The position numbers were made by a program, and so were the translations under genes. Of a stretch of 64,000 bases of DNA, positions 45,901 to 52,123 are shown in pieces. The notes beneath the pieces were generated by a model. That model was not told where the DNA came from. It saw only the letters and a list, made by a program, of their open reading frames with translations, and ran no database searches. Location of the stretch: NCBI GenBank assembly GCA_964385615.1, contig CAYLPP010000014.1, positions 3,836 through 67,835 on the forward strand, in the 5' to 3' direction. How positions within the stretch are numbered: the stretch's first letter is position 1; each line of letters begins with the position of its first letter. The stretch comes from an uncultured bacterium. Lineage in GTDB: Bacteria; Omnitrophota; Omnitrophia; Omnitrophales; Aquincolibacteriaceae.

Positions 45901-48774
45901 CCCCGAACTTTGATAAAAAAAAGCGATCTCGCTCAGCTCATTGATGTAGCCGGAAATCTCCGCGCGGATATCGGGCATAAACACAGGCTTTTTCTCCGCC
46001 TCCGCCAGCCGAAGATTAAAAGCTTCACGGCTTTCATAACCGGTAATTCCCAGCCCTTGATAAATAGCCCACTCCTGATCCGTAGCTTGCGCCATCTCTC
46101 TGAGTGTTTCAAGTTCCGGATATTTCAGAAGCCTCATTTTTTCATCCGCCTGCTTGGAAGCGAGATTAATCAGTCCCGGATTTTCGCCGGAGTCGCCGTA
46201 AAGCATATCGTCGAGCTCCCCGTGCGGAATTTCGGAAATATCCTTCCCCTGATACTCCGCTTTTTGAGGCCCGAGATCCTGCCAGTTTTTCTCGTCGTAG
46301 ATTCGGATAATCCGGGAAGTTTCATACATCAGCTCGTCCCTGCGGGCTTCTACCGACGCGCGTTTTGAGGCTTTATTTGTTTTCTCAGCATTCCGGACAA
46401 ACGCGATTCTCTTGAGAATACTGGAAGCATCCGCAAGCGAAGAGGCCGCCCTCGGTGCCGGTAAACCGGCACCGCCCGCGTAAAGATCATCTCCCGCCAT
46501 CCGGAGATGCGTTCTCCAGTGGTAACTTGTTTTTCTTTTTTGGAGATCCTCGTAAATTTCCCCAAAAATCTCGGGTAAAAGCCCGCGATTCTCATTTTCA
46601 TACGTCATCGATTCAACTTCACTGTGGTAAGCCAGCATTAAATCCGCCGCACGCATCAGATACAAGCCAACCAGCGCCTGATCAATTTTAGAATCCGGAT
46701 TAAGCATTTTTAGAAATTCCATTGAAAAAAGGATGGCGTTGCGCCGGTAGGAAACCTGGAGGGTTTTCTCAAAAAGATCGTCCGGCCTGTCGTCCTCATA
46801 AAACAGAACCGTCGGGAGCTGCATGGCCAGAATAAAAACATTTTTCCTGAGCCACTCAAGCGTGGATTTATGCGATTCTTGAACGGCCGTTTCAAGATAA
46901 GCCAGGGCGTGTTCAATCATTCTTTCCGGCTGAGCTTTCCTCCCGCCTTCTTCAGGCAAAACGCCTGGGTCGGATTCCAACGGATCATTCTCATAGTACG
47001 CTTCGGAATTTAACGCGGGCGGAGGGCTGTAAAGGCGGTAGCGATTTTTAACATTGATCGAAAGAGGAAGCATTTTCCCCCCGTAATCAGGCAAAAGATG
47101 TTCCGCGGATCCGTCTTTATGGGCCGAGCGCAATTCTGCCCGGGCGGGTGAAGCCCCTTTGGAAATTCCATAATCGGTAATTTGTCTTCGAATTTCCGCG
47201 CGCGCGGTTTGAAGCGCTGACGGCCAGGCTTCATCGTCCATCATCCACTGCGGAACGCGGACGGCGGACGCCCCAAAATCGAGTTTGCGGTTTTTTCCGT
47301 TCATCGCGTCGCCGTATTTGCGGGAATCCTCGATCTGACTCAAATGGGGCATGATCACGGCGTAAGAAATTTTCCGCTCCCGGAATTGCCTGCAGAGACC
47401 TTCAGTGTGAAAACCGCCCGCGATCACGGCCGCGGGTTTCTTATCCCCGGCCAGAAGGCTTAAAATTTCGCGCCCCATGGTTTCATCACGCTGATTTGCC
47501 AGATCGTAAAACCTGGATGCTTTTCCGTAAACTTCGCGGAGATCCGCCGGCAGAACGGTTTCAAGGCCGGTTCTCGAATCTTGATTCCAAAGTCGGTATT
47601 CCGCAGATGTCACTGAAAGCGAAAGGATTTTCCGAAGTTTCAGCCACTGTCTGAATTTCTCGAGAAGCGCCTGAGCCCGGCTTTCCGAGGCCAGCTTTTG
47701 AAGAACCTGCTCCCGTAATTTTTCCATTTCTTCCATCAGGACACGGGCTTCAATCTCTCCGCTCAAAATCTGAAATCCTTCAAAAACAAAAAAATCAGGA
47801 TACTCTTCAAAGCGGAATCCTTTAGAAGAGGCCTGGCTGTAAAAGCGTTCCCAGGATTCCCGGAGCCCGGATGTTTCCGGGATTCCGCCGTTTTCTTTTT
47901 GAAGCGGAAGTATTTTCTCCATCTTGTTCTTTGCGGCCCACGCCGAAAGTTTTTCTTTCTGCGTTTCCGCCTTCTTGGCGTTTATCAGGGGCTGACGCCG
48001 TTTCAGCTCAAAAAAACGGACCAGCATCGGCCACTCTAACTGCGCGCGCGCATTCCCTAAATCCAACTGAAGAATTTTCTGGGCCTGCCCTTCAAGTTCC
48101 GATAGATAAACCGGAAGCGGAATTTTTTCGTCTTCGAAACCCGACCATATCCGAAAAAATTCAAAAAGCTCTTTTGAAAAAACCCGGGAAGCTTCCTTAC
48201 TGATTTCAGAAAACTTCTTTTCAAGGCCCGCGCTTATCCGGTCTTTTTGAGAGGATATTTCCTGATAGAGCTGAAAGTTTTCAAGATAAAGCGGAAGGTC
48301 TTCAGTACCGTAAGCCGTCACAAACTCGCGGTTCCGAAGCGTGAACCTCTCGGCACCGCCGATTTCAGCTTCACGCATCAGCGTACCGGCAATTTCAAGA
48401 TTCAGCGCGCCGTTATCAAAAAAGGTCAGGCGTGAGGGATCAAGCCGTCCGGCACCTCCCTCAATAAAAAGAGAGTTTAATCCGCGGTTGGCTTTTAAAA
48501 ATTCCAACAAGCCGTCGGTACTTTTCTGCGCTTCATACTGCCCATGCGCGTCAGGAATGATAAAAAGAGAAGGATTTTCCCCGAAAGTTTCCATCAAGGT
48601 TCCAAGTTCAGGCGGGATGGCTGGAGAGTTTTCAGAGGTTTTGACCTCTCCCAGAGGACGGTCGAAAAGGATTTCCGGAGCAGTCCAAGCGGGTTGACTG
48701 CCGACATAAAAAAGGAGCGTAAAAAAAGCAACGCCCCGCCGAAAGCTAAAATAACGTAAGTGGTTGATTTTCAT
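36952..48774 (-). CDS. Giant 3,940-aa multi-kinase protein. It has a signal peptide or signal anchor and a ~1,300-aa unknown N-region. It contains 6 Hanks-type Ser/Thr kinase domains, a GHKL ATPase domain, 2 HprK/P-like P-loop modules and a 340-aa unknown C-region
   Basis: It is one uninterrupted ORF. The kinase catalytic loops and DFG-type motifs read from the translation are HLDLKPSN/DFT, HLDIKPWN/DFM, HQDLKPAN/DFG, HGDIKPQN/DFG, HGDLQPRN/DFS and HRDLKPAN/DFN. The VAIK-type lysines are IAVKVF, IAVKII, VAVKIY, TALKVY and AALKIY. APE motifs are present. The GHKL motifs are NMLEYAFGG…ITAWDNGYGLG. The HprK-like Walker A and downstream motifs are GESESGKGSLGYAF…ASADD and GVSRSGKSSLAYAF…SADDE. 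I verified codon positions for HRD (38941-38943) and DNG (40369-40377) on the DNA. Confidence 0.85.
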   Translation of the reverse strand: MKINHLRYFSFRRGVAFFTLLFYVGSQPAWTAPEILFDRPLGEVKTSENSPAIPPELGTLMETFGENPSLFIIPDAHGQYEAQKSTDGLLEFLKANRGLNSLFIEGGAGRLDPSRLTFFDNGALNLEIAGTLMREAEIGGAERFTLRNREFVTAYGTEDLPLYLENFQLYQEISSQKDRISAGLEKKFSEISKEASRVFSKELFEFFRIWSGFEDEKIPLPVYLSELEGQAQKILQLDLGNARAQLEWPMLVRFFELKRRQPLINAKKAETQKEKLSAWAAKNKMEKILPLQKENGGIPETSGLRESWERFYSQASSKGFRFEEYPDFFVFEGFQILSGEIEARVLMEEMEKLREQVLQKLASESRAQALLEKFRQWLKLRKILSLSVTSAEYRLWNQDSRTGLETVLPADLREVYGKASRFYDLANQRDETMGREILSLLAGDKKPAAVIAGGFHTEGLCRQFRERKISYAVIMPHLSQIEDSRKYGDAMNGKNRKLDFGASAVRVPQWMMDDEAWPSALQTARAEIRRQITDYGISKGASPARAELRSAHKDGSAEHLLPDYGGKMLPLSINVKNRYRLYSPPPALNSEAYYENDPLESDPGVLPEEGGRKAQPERMIEHALAYLETAVQESHKSTLEWLRKNVFILAMQLPTVLFYEDDRPDDLFEKTLQVSYRRNAILFSMEFLKMLNPDSKIDQALVGLYLMRAADLMLAYHSEVESMTYENENRGLLPEIFGEIYEDLQKRKTSYHWRTHLRMAGDDLYAGGAGLPAPRAASSLADASSILKRIAFVRNAEKTNKASKRASVEARRDELMYETSRIIRIYDEKNWQDLGPQKAEYQGKDISEIPHGELDDMLYGDSGENPGLINLASKQADEKMRLLKYPELETLREMAQATDQEWAIYQGLGITGYESREAFNLRLAEAEKKPVFMPDIRAEISGYINELSEIAFFYQSSGDKFQADRIYDRVLLLLKALQKVDGVGFFPMQVQQQILYLHLRRGNIQEFEKEFGRFLDTTYAGFAFRNSQRTTQGIYRTPAGIKAGWGGILFWMDGALPDICLKLQVIAAAYPAKSAEAAKIIEIESEIKDVWWQILKANRFNTDLRSTRQERMTRPMVVAAKEKEADTSTAVSAGGQIRKVEEPYRIFYGFSWKQRPVPADIPAGQKPPEIAFRVTAFRRTADGGRNPAGFIDILMKRNKDNTYSAQIDPEGEKWAGPFPWVSEIPGLESGSPGMVVHISDLELVEGIGKALMQLAQTLIEASGGGTRIDVSRAILRQRTPTGFQYRHPKQGFIEWPAGTLQKSRVQLWKRHSGFLGVIVHTRSAKYRLESMLDKEGNGRVYRAVPVSVDPARFPSIAVKVFSDQGRRRRALRESQIKHEVQALRAAGKDNEYVPMFYGSKIGFSQDSFSLIAMEFLEGESLKKWAEENASLPQKLSMSVNVVRAASMMHRNKVVHLDLKPSNLFVTAAGKVKILDFTYSQIGRKPAPSERNTDVRGTPAYMAPEMFFNGTGPYTPATDVYLLGASIFEVLTGQRLFALTPEQEREGQYAKLGQERKKPLPQADLEDRLPLEKELKEKVGKILRKALDPDPKKRFQDAGELLEVLSAELPPDVFSPPVRSEVRATTPAPAYLGKKIELKRFGSKVYTLTRFLDSGAGGEVYLASASGQPDIAVKIIPSHLLNDPEFLRSLVSHEVKVMQAASASNLYVPEFYGAGLDSGNGYSAIAMEYIQGETLAAWAEGKPDAEKIRVALKTARAVASLHMLNEPVVHLDIKPWNFLVTPAGKVKILDFMTSQIGTKTMPVKASWKITGTPAYMAPEIFTRGSGPYEPSTDVYMLAEVLFELASGQKLFQAGNPVDYIAEHNRQVTEEELASRLPETWHSFIPALRKALDVAPEKRYRNAEEFLTVLEQAASEELRPKALNDPSLFVGKKLTVNGTQYSVDSLAGAGGYAWVFKAHKDDGGSSNPVAVKIYRYVNREAASKNEYRALIEYARKDKEHVPAVIGWGHIDGPEDPMPSIVMEFLEGQDLAAWVKGKDAPQVLEQALSVLEAAASLHPEIVHQDLKPANIYITDTGVKILDFGVARFGSRIGKPLSRVKGTYLFAAPEALQGSGVLTPRIDVYSLGVILYWMALHKPPFSSPSDGDFNSLLYLEKLKIEKNQSPGTAEIRRALSDLSTEALDVWGPAAKVIARAINPDPSARYADAEEMFRSFRAAISRSESRVQVMLAGRVYESKAGGESFGGGLSGVYRGRDTVSGRETALKVYDTYSGISFEAQEEEFNLMKQAHEASPEFVPDVLGVGRVTQRDDEINGDTALVMDFAEGQPLNSWREGKSFVDLKKAAEDILAAHSAIYRAGVLHGDIKPQNIIMTSQNKPAVIDFGLALPAGQNRKNKGFTDQFAAPEAPAGTLEPQTEVYSLGLLLFWLAAGNRLFKTLSPKVLRAEKLSRNFTPSEIIQRLREENAEKEWEKFAPVIAKAVRANPAERYANPAELFEAWRAMARSEIRTAEENWVPINWDKPIVNFLLKHQDNPVFPRIRKKKGGKYERLYAEGENLERWAYTAKSLSDEEFEKQIVEWTLRIGKAVELMEAEGLEHGDLQPRNVIITKENQPVLIDFSDEYTSDREAISGFISASLLARAVSSMSSPTGLLDAMDIFRVVNERFSNLNELGKQRFSTVREWDSALQKYYEERWVKKRSELRSIDSEETERWRLMAEPKAAALTAEGYQALPIYSRALTGPYFSVISDAYRLEQQVLGQEWLIGARVIHELIFNMLEYAFGGAVGFKVIEQEGGPVVEITAWDNGYGLGDPEVVRQRSQRKWYGGNGFRKLSTVGNFVEIVTGEGIWRRNADGEFEQAASLMTFVPGTRITVRIPFERTTVSPRSESRAGSAEKKIEAPPVTEERAREFSKALEGIYEILNRPEFRGFLHMAPSFIYGLPQNNYAFKKNPELQKEIQKWYAEISGRFPDIVPFMRSFRMYGDLLFNENNEAVLLFGESESGKGSLGYAFSRVSNGRVKIASADDINLIRIPGHLLAGSAYSFENLRARAYDSENNIPYQSYLGVGLVRAEFRLSGGPFKMPIRNPGESHLKQYMAGIFPGYEGTALEPWTVTMVNESMVDPGDFEKYARVHLSEIETQKRSELRTDVRFGGRDFEAGGVIGGDGGIGTVHKVTEKSDPSKTAALKIYTNSGGYYREMAELERKAMELYAAPFNGRENPFAVKVYPSQADDTVPVPFIGMEYIDGKTLLDWLYLNPVTEEKLIEIVRNILKAVHEAHLRGIVHRDLKPANFMVTGNGSLKLIDFNLSQVQGRILSLYPGMAADEVIRGTLDYLAPEMTRGVWVVNPRADVFVLGLVLYQLATGHQLIEDVRVADIPRFYESFPNQVQIEAAISKDKLKKLSEIIAGALKENPDDRLYKDAGEMLSAFEKIYPPARAELRAKADVISAGRADAFFREAGEIYEILSRPEFTQYRGYVHSILNGLYDGNPGSIENGALKEAVTGWMDKIRKEYPEIVAQLKMEIVHSDILFNQKGDAVILSGVSRSGKSSLAYAFTKVSGGRLKFSADDEVIVLWIPGYLYAGPAGRVEGLRARAYGGEDARFPVDPVFQLGPVRTVIEQHSDENFWVRNHFYAYVKQTIKSFDPQRLELPIREIRQVHKWTEPAEFERFAGDILPVIMGEQSSGEVPSARSESRAAALEVAAKTTAKILGLDVMRELYGVMFPESKTEIFIQGEDRSELASGYSKLFKAGASAVLPAKLLLNIPEDARSQYLDLLEEGFQQSGSPAGKAVYFAGRGAEELARWVKGRPASKVFEIIQQDEVLAAGRRSKDAISVSVTSAPENIKDLYHLPSFLIDPAVLEKMDPASSFKYMNQLTQLQLLAAVQLKRDLGDVVHVKEYTQRMAEFLGKVGIEYISRAGLVTPTAQSLLSETLGRYLRAQELTGASA

Positions 48775-48935
48775 GGGGAAAGACAGCGAAATCTTTCACC
48801 AGAAGATACGTTGATAAGGCCTAAAAAGCAAGGCCTGAGGACAGGTAATTTTTGATTTTAAAATAAACTATCAAAACCATTCCCGGATGCTATTTATTGC
48901 TTTAGATTGCTAGTTTCATAATTCCTCATTTTTAC

Positions 48936-48987
48936 ATAAAAAACAAGGGGAATGGCCGCGTTTTCACGCGAAATCCATTCCCCCTGA
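48936..48987 (-). terminator. Rho-independent terminator downstream of comEA
   Basis: The minus-strand RNA is GGGGAAUGGauuucgcgugaaaacgcggCCAUUCCCC followed by UUGUUUUUUAUG. This is a 9-bp GC-rich stem plus a U-tract, 24 nt after the comEA stop. Confidence 0.6.
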
Positions 48988-49010
48988 ACCCGGTCACGGT
49001 TCCCCTGCCG

Positions 49011-49313
49011 TTAAACGGAAACCTGGTTTTTGATTTTCTCGTACTTCGCTTCTCCAATGCCCCGCACTTGAACCAGTTCATCGGCTTTTTTAAAACCGCC
49101 GTTGGCCTGGCGAAACTCCACAATGCGGTGAGCGATCGCAGGACCGATTCCATGAAGAGTTTGAAGCTCTTCAGGGCCGGCAGTGTTAATATTCACCGCC
49201 TTGGCCTGCGCCTCCACCGCGGGAGCCGCGTGCAGAATGGAAAAGTTATACAGATAACCCGTTCCGATCATCAGAACCGCGATCAGAAAAGTTTTCATGG
49301 TCTTTTTCATCAT
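49011..49313 (-). CDS. comEA: ComEA-family competence protein (helix-hairpin-helix DNA-binding)
   Basis: 100 aa with a signal peptide. It carries tandem HhH motifs (NINTAGPEELQTLHGIGPAIAHRIVEFR…VRGIGEAKYEKI). Confidence 0.85.
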   Translation of the reverse strand: MMKKTMKTFLIAVLMIGTGYLYNFSILHAAPAVEAQAKAVNINTAGPEELQTLHGIGPAIAHRIVEFRQANGGFKKADELVQVRGIGEAKYEKIKNQVSV

Positions 49314-49415
49314 GGCTTATTACCTCCTTTCTTTTCTTTACACGGCTCTTTTTATAAACATCCCCGTCTCAAGACTCAAAAGGTTTTTGCCTTAAAATTA
49401 AAAATAATATGAATT

Positions 49416-50012
49416 ATGCACATATTTCCCGTTGACACCCGCGGTGTGCGCACATACCATCCTGTCATGCTCGAATATTTAGGCCCCAAAATCAGGAATC
49501 TGCGCAGAGAAAAAGGACTGACGCTCGTGGAAATCGCCGGCAAAACCGGAATCGCGCAGGCGACCCTTTCGAGGATTGAAACCGGAACCATGATCGGCAC
49601 GGTTGAGAGCCACGTCAAAATCGCGGAAGTCCTGGGAGTTCCTCTCGCGGAACTTTATACGGACCCGGACACTTCTTGTTCGCGGGTTTCGCACACCCCG
49701 GCCCACAAAACGGCTCATCACGGGAAAAGTATTCAGAGGGAAATGCTCACTCCGGAGTATCCGCCAAAAAAAATGAGCCCTGTGCTGACGGTACTTCAGC
49801 CGAATACGGAAACTCCTGAAGAACGGGCGCCGAAAGGAACCGAAAAATTCATTTATCTGATTCAGGGTGAAGTCATGGTCAAAACAGGCGGTGAATCTTT
49901 CACGCTCACGCCCGGAGAGAGTCTTTATTTTGAAGCCTCTCCGGCTCATCAGGTAAAAAACGTTTCTTCCTCCCCCGCGCATTTTCTGAGCGTGACCTGC
50001 CAAGCAAAATAA
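49416..50012 (+). CDS. XRE-family HTH transcriptional regulator with C-terminal cupin domain
   Basis: The HTH is LTLVEIAGKTGIAQATLSRIETG. The cupin beta-barrel is in the C-terminal half (…IYLIQGEVMV…GESLYFEASPAHQV). An alternative start at the ATG at 49467 (MLEYLGPK) fits a TTGACA-N17-TACCAT promoter at 49432-49460. Confidence 0.8.
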   Translation: MHIFPVDTRGVRTYHPVMLEYLGPKIRNLRREKGLTLVEIAGKTGIAQATLSRIETGTMIGTVESHVKIAEVLGVPLAELYTDPDTSCSRVSHTPAHKTAHHGKSIQREMLTPEYPPKKMSPVLTVLQPNTETPEERAPKGTEKFIYLIQGEVMVKTGGESFTLTPGESLYFEASPAHQVKNVSSSPAHFLSVTCQAK

Positions 50013-51411
50013 GCACCGCCAAAACCAAATAGTATCCCGCCGTTTGAAAGGCTGAAAGCGGTCCTATCCGCGCGTAACTCCACGGATGAGACGCACAAAA
50101 ATAAATCCACGCCAAAGTTGCTTTCAGAAAGAATGACGCGGTTGAGAAAAATAAAAAAGCGGCCGGAGGAACCCAGGCAAGAACCAGCCCCATTAAGACA
50201 CTTAAAAGCGTGAAGTGAAAAAGAGGCACCGCGAAAAAATTAGCAGGCCAGCCCACGGTGGAAATCCCTCCAAAATGCCCGAGAACCACCGGAAAAGTTC
50301 CAAGCGTTACGGCCAGAGGCACGGCCCAAAAATCTTTCCATTTCCACTCTTCCCAGAGCGGAAAGAAAACAATCATGGATAAAACCGAAAGGAATGAGAG
50401 TTGAAATGAAACATTCCCGGCCGCGCGGGTATCGGGCAGAAGCACGCATAAAAGCGCCAGGAAGAAAAGGTTCAGGGAATGACGCGGGCGGTTGAGCACA
50501 ATCGCCAAAAAACCCGCTCCCGCCATCCAGCCCGCGCGCAAAACCGGATACCCCATTCCCGCCACACCCACTTGAAAAAAGGAAAATAGAATCCCAAAAA
50601 AGGATGCCATCCGGCGCTCAATCCCGCAAGCAATCAGGATTAGATAAAAAGTTCCGGCCACCAGAGCGATATTCAGACCTGAAATCGCGAGCAAGTGCGA
50701 AGTACCGCTCCGGAAGAAAATATCCTTGGTCTCAGAATCAAGGCCCGCCCGGGTTCCCAATACAAGCGCTTTAAAAACCGCTCCATCCCGCCCTCCGGCA
50801 TAACGGCCGATTGTTTCCGCGATCTTTTCACGGATTCTAAAAATCCAGGAGGAATGGCCCTTCTTGAGAATAAAAACCGACCGCCACCCGATCCCCTGAA
50901 ACACAGCCGTAATCCCCTGGCTTCGCAAGTACTCCGGATAATCAAAGTCACGGCTGAAAGATTTCGGCGGTTCTAACTTTCCGTAGAGAGAGAGAAAATC
51001 TCCCGGCCCAGGACTTATTTTTGGATTAATCAAATAAACCTGAACCTTCCCGCGGGCACTGTGCCGGGAAACCTCCCTGCTATCGAGAACGAAGGAAACC
51101 GTCCGCTTTTTCCCTTTTATTTTAATTTCAGGCAGGCTGTTCACTTCCCCTTTAACGCGGACAAATTCTGAACCTGCTGAGAAACGCTCCACCGCGTCCG
51201 GAGGCTGGAAGTGATCCGCGTAACTGTAAAGGACGCCAAGAAAAAACCAGGCCAGGCAAAGCGCGGGAAGAAAACCGCGGGAACGGATAGAAAACCCTAA
51301 CGCCGGGAGAAGAAAAAACATTAAAAAAACAGGAAGGCGCACAGGGATCCATTCAAAACACAAAATCCCCGCGAGGAAAGGCGCGGACAGCCAGAAAAAG
51401 GGACAGCGCAT
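49906..51411 (-). CDS. comEC: ComEC/Rec2-family competence membrane protein (short form lacking the C-terminal metallo-beta-lactamase domain)
   Basis: 501 aa. The polytopic membrane protein has the DUF4131-like N-terminus plus the competence domain. Its 3' end overlaps the convergent XRE gene by ~107 nt. Confidence 0.75.
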   Translation of the reverse strand: MRCPFFWLSAPFLAGILCFEWIPVRLPVFLMFFLLPALGFSIRSRGFLPALCLAWFFLGVLYSYADHFQPPDAVERFSAGSEFVRVKGEVNSLPEIKIKGKKRTVSFVLDSREVSRHSARGKVQVYLINPKISPGPGDFLSLYGKLEPPKSFSRDFDYPEYLRSQGITAVFQGIGWRSVFILKKGHSSWIFRIREKIAETIGRYAGGRDGAVFKALVLGTRAGLDSETKDIFFRSGTSHLLAISGLNIALVAGTFYLILIACGIERRMASFFGILFSFFQVGVAGMGYPVLRAGWMAGAGFLAIVLNRPRHSLNLFFLALLCVLLPDTRAAGNVSFQLSFLSVLSMIVFFPLWEEWKWKDFWAVPLAVTLGTFPVVLGHFGGISTVGWPANFFAVPLFHFTLLSVLMGLVLAWVPPAAFLFFSTASFFLKATLAWIYFCASHPWSYARIGPLSAFQTAGYYLVLAVLILLGRSRSENARGRKKRFLPDEPERLQNKDSLRA

Positions 51412-51614
51412 TCTAAGAGCAGAAAAGCAAAACCGTCATAAGAGGCGCCCTGCCCAGAAAAAGACAAAAAGCGGAAAGCGTAATCAGGAAAAGGACGGCG
51501 CGCTGATATTTCTGAAGGTTCTTCGGCATACGCCGATTTTAAATGTTTTCGGCTTAAAGAGAAGATCCGGCCGGTCTTAAAACTTCAAAATGTGCGCAAC
51601 GCGCACAGCGGAAA

Positions 51615-52094
51615 CTACTGCTCGCTGATTTTGAAGGTGACCGGAATCTGCACACAATCAACGATCGGCTGACCGTTTTTCATGGTGGGATGAAATTTCC
51701 AGCTGTGGACAGCTTTAACCGCGGCGTTATCCAGAATCTGGTGCCCGCTGGACTGCATGACTTTCATGCGTCCCACAGTCCCGTCTTTCCGGACTTCAAT
51801 CGCGATCGAGACACGCCCTTCCCAGCCCTGGCGAAGCGCCCAGCGGGGATAAGTAATCGGCTGGGGCGTAGAGGTTAAGTAAGGAAGCTGTTTGCCTTCA
51901 TAATTTCCACCCTGGGTGAAAACTTCACCGGCCTGGGGAATCAGCTTGCCTGAACCCGTAACGGTAAACGCCAGCGCTCCCGTGGAATTCTGGGCGGAAG
52001 AAACCGCCGGAACCGCGTCAGCAATGGTTTCAGCGGCAAAAGCGGGAAAAGCAAAAGTGATCAGAATAAAAACGGATAAAATCATTTTCTTCAT
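51615..52094 (-). CDS. TonB C-terminal-domain protein (periplasmic, signal peptide instead of TM/Pro-rich spacer)
   Basis: 159 aa. The TonB_C fold motifs are PTYPRWALRQGWEGRVSIAIEVRKDGTV…AAVKAVHSWKFHP. Confidence 0.7.
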   Translation of the reverse strand: MKKMILSVFILITFAFPAFAAETIADAVPAVSSAQNSTGALAFTVTGSGKLIPQAGEVFTQGGNYEGKQLPYLTSTPQPITYPRWALRQGWEGRVSIAIEVRKDGTVGRMKVMQSSGHQILDNAAVKAVHSWKFHPTMKNGQPIVDCVQIPVTFKISEQ

Positions 52095-52123
52095 TTCAAG
52101 ACTCCTTGGTTTGAATAGAGCGG

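Noticed and set aside
36952-48774. Possibility that the 11.8-kb ORF is an assembly chimera or fusion of several genes
   Set aside because: The frame is continuous. GC and codon style are uniform and host-like. The internal module duplications (the HprK-like pair, the kinase series) look like evolved architecture rather than joined contigs. It cannot be fully excluded without read-level data, so it remains listed as the check for the main finding.
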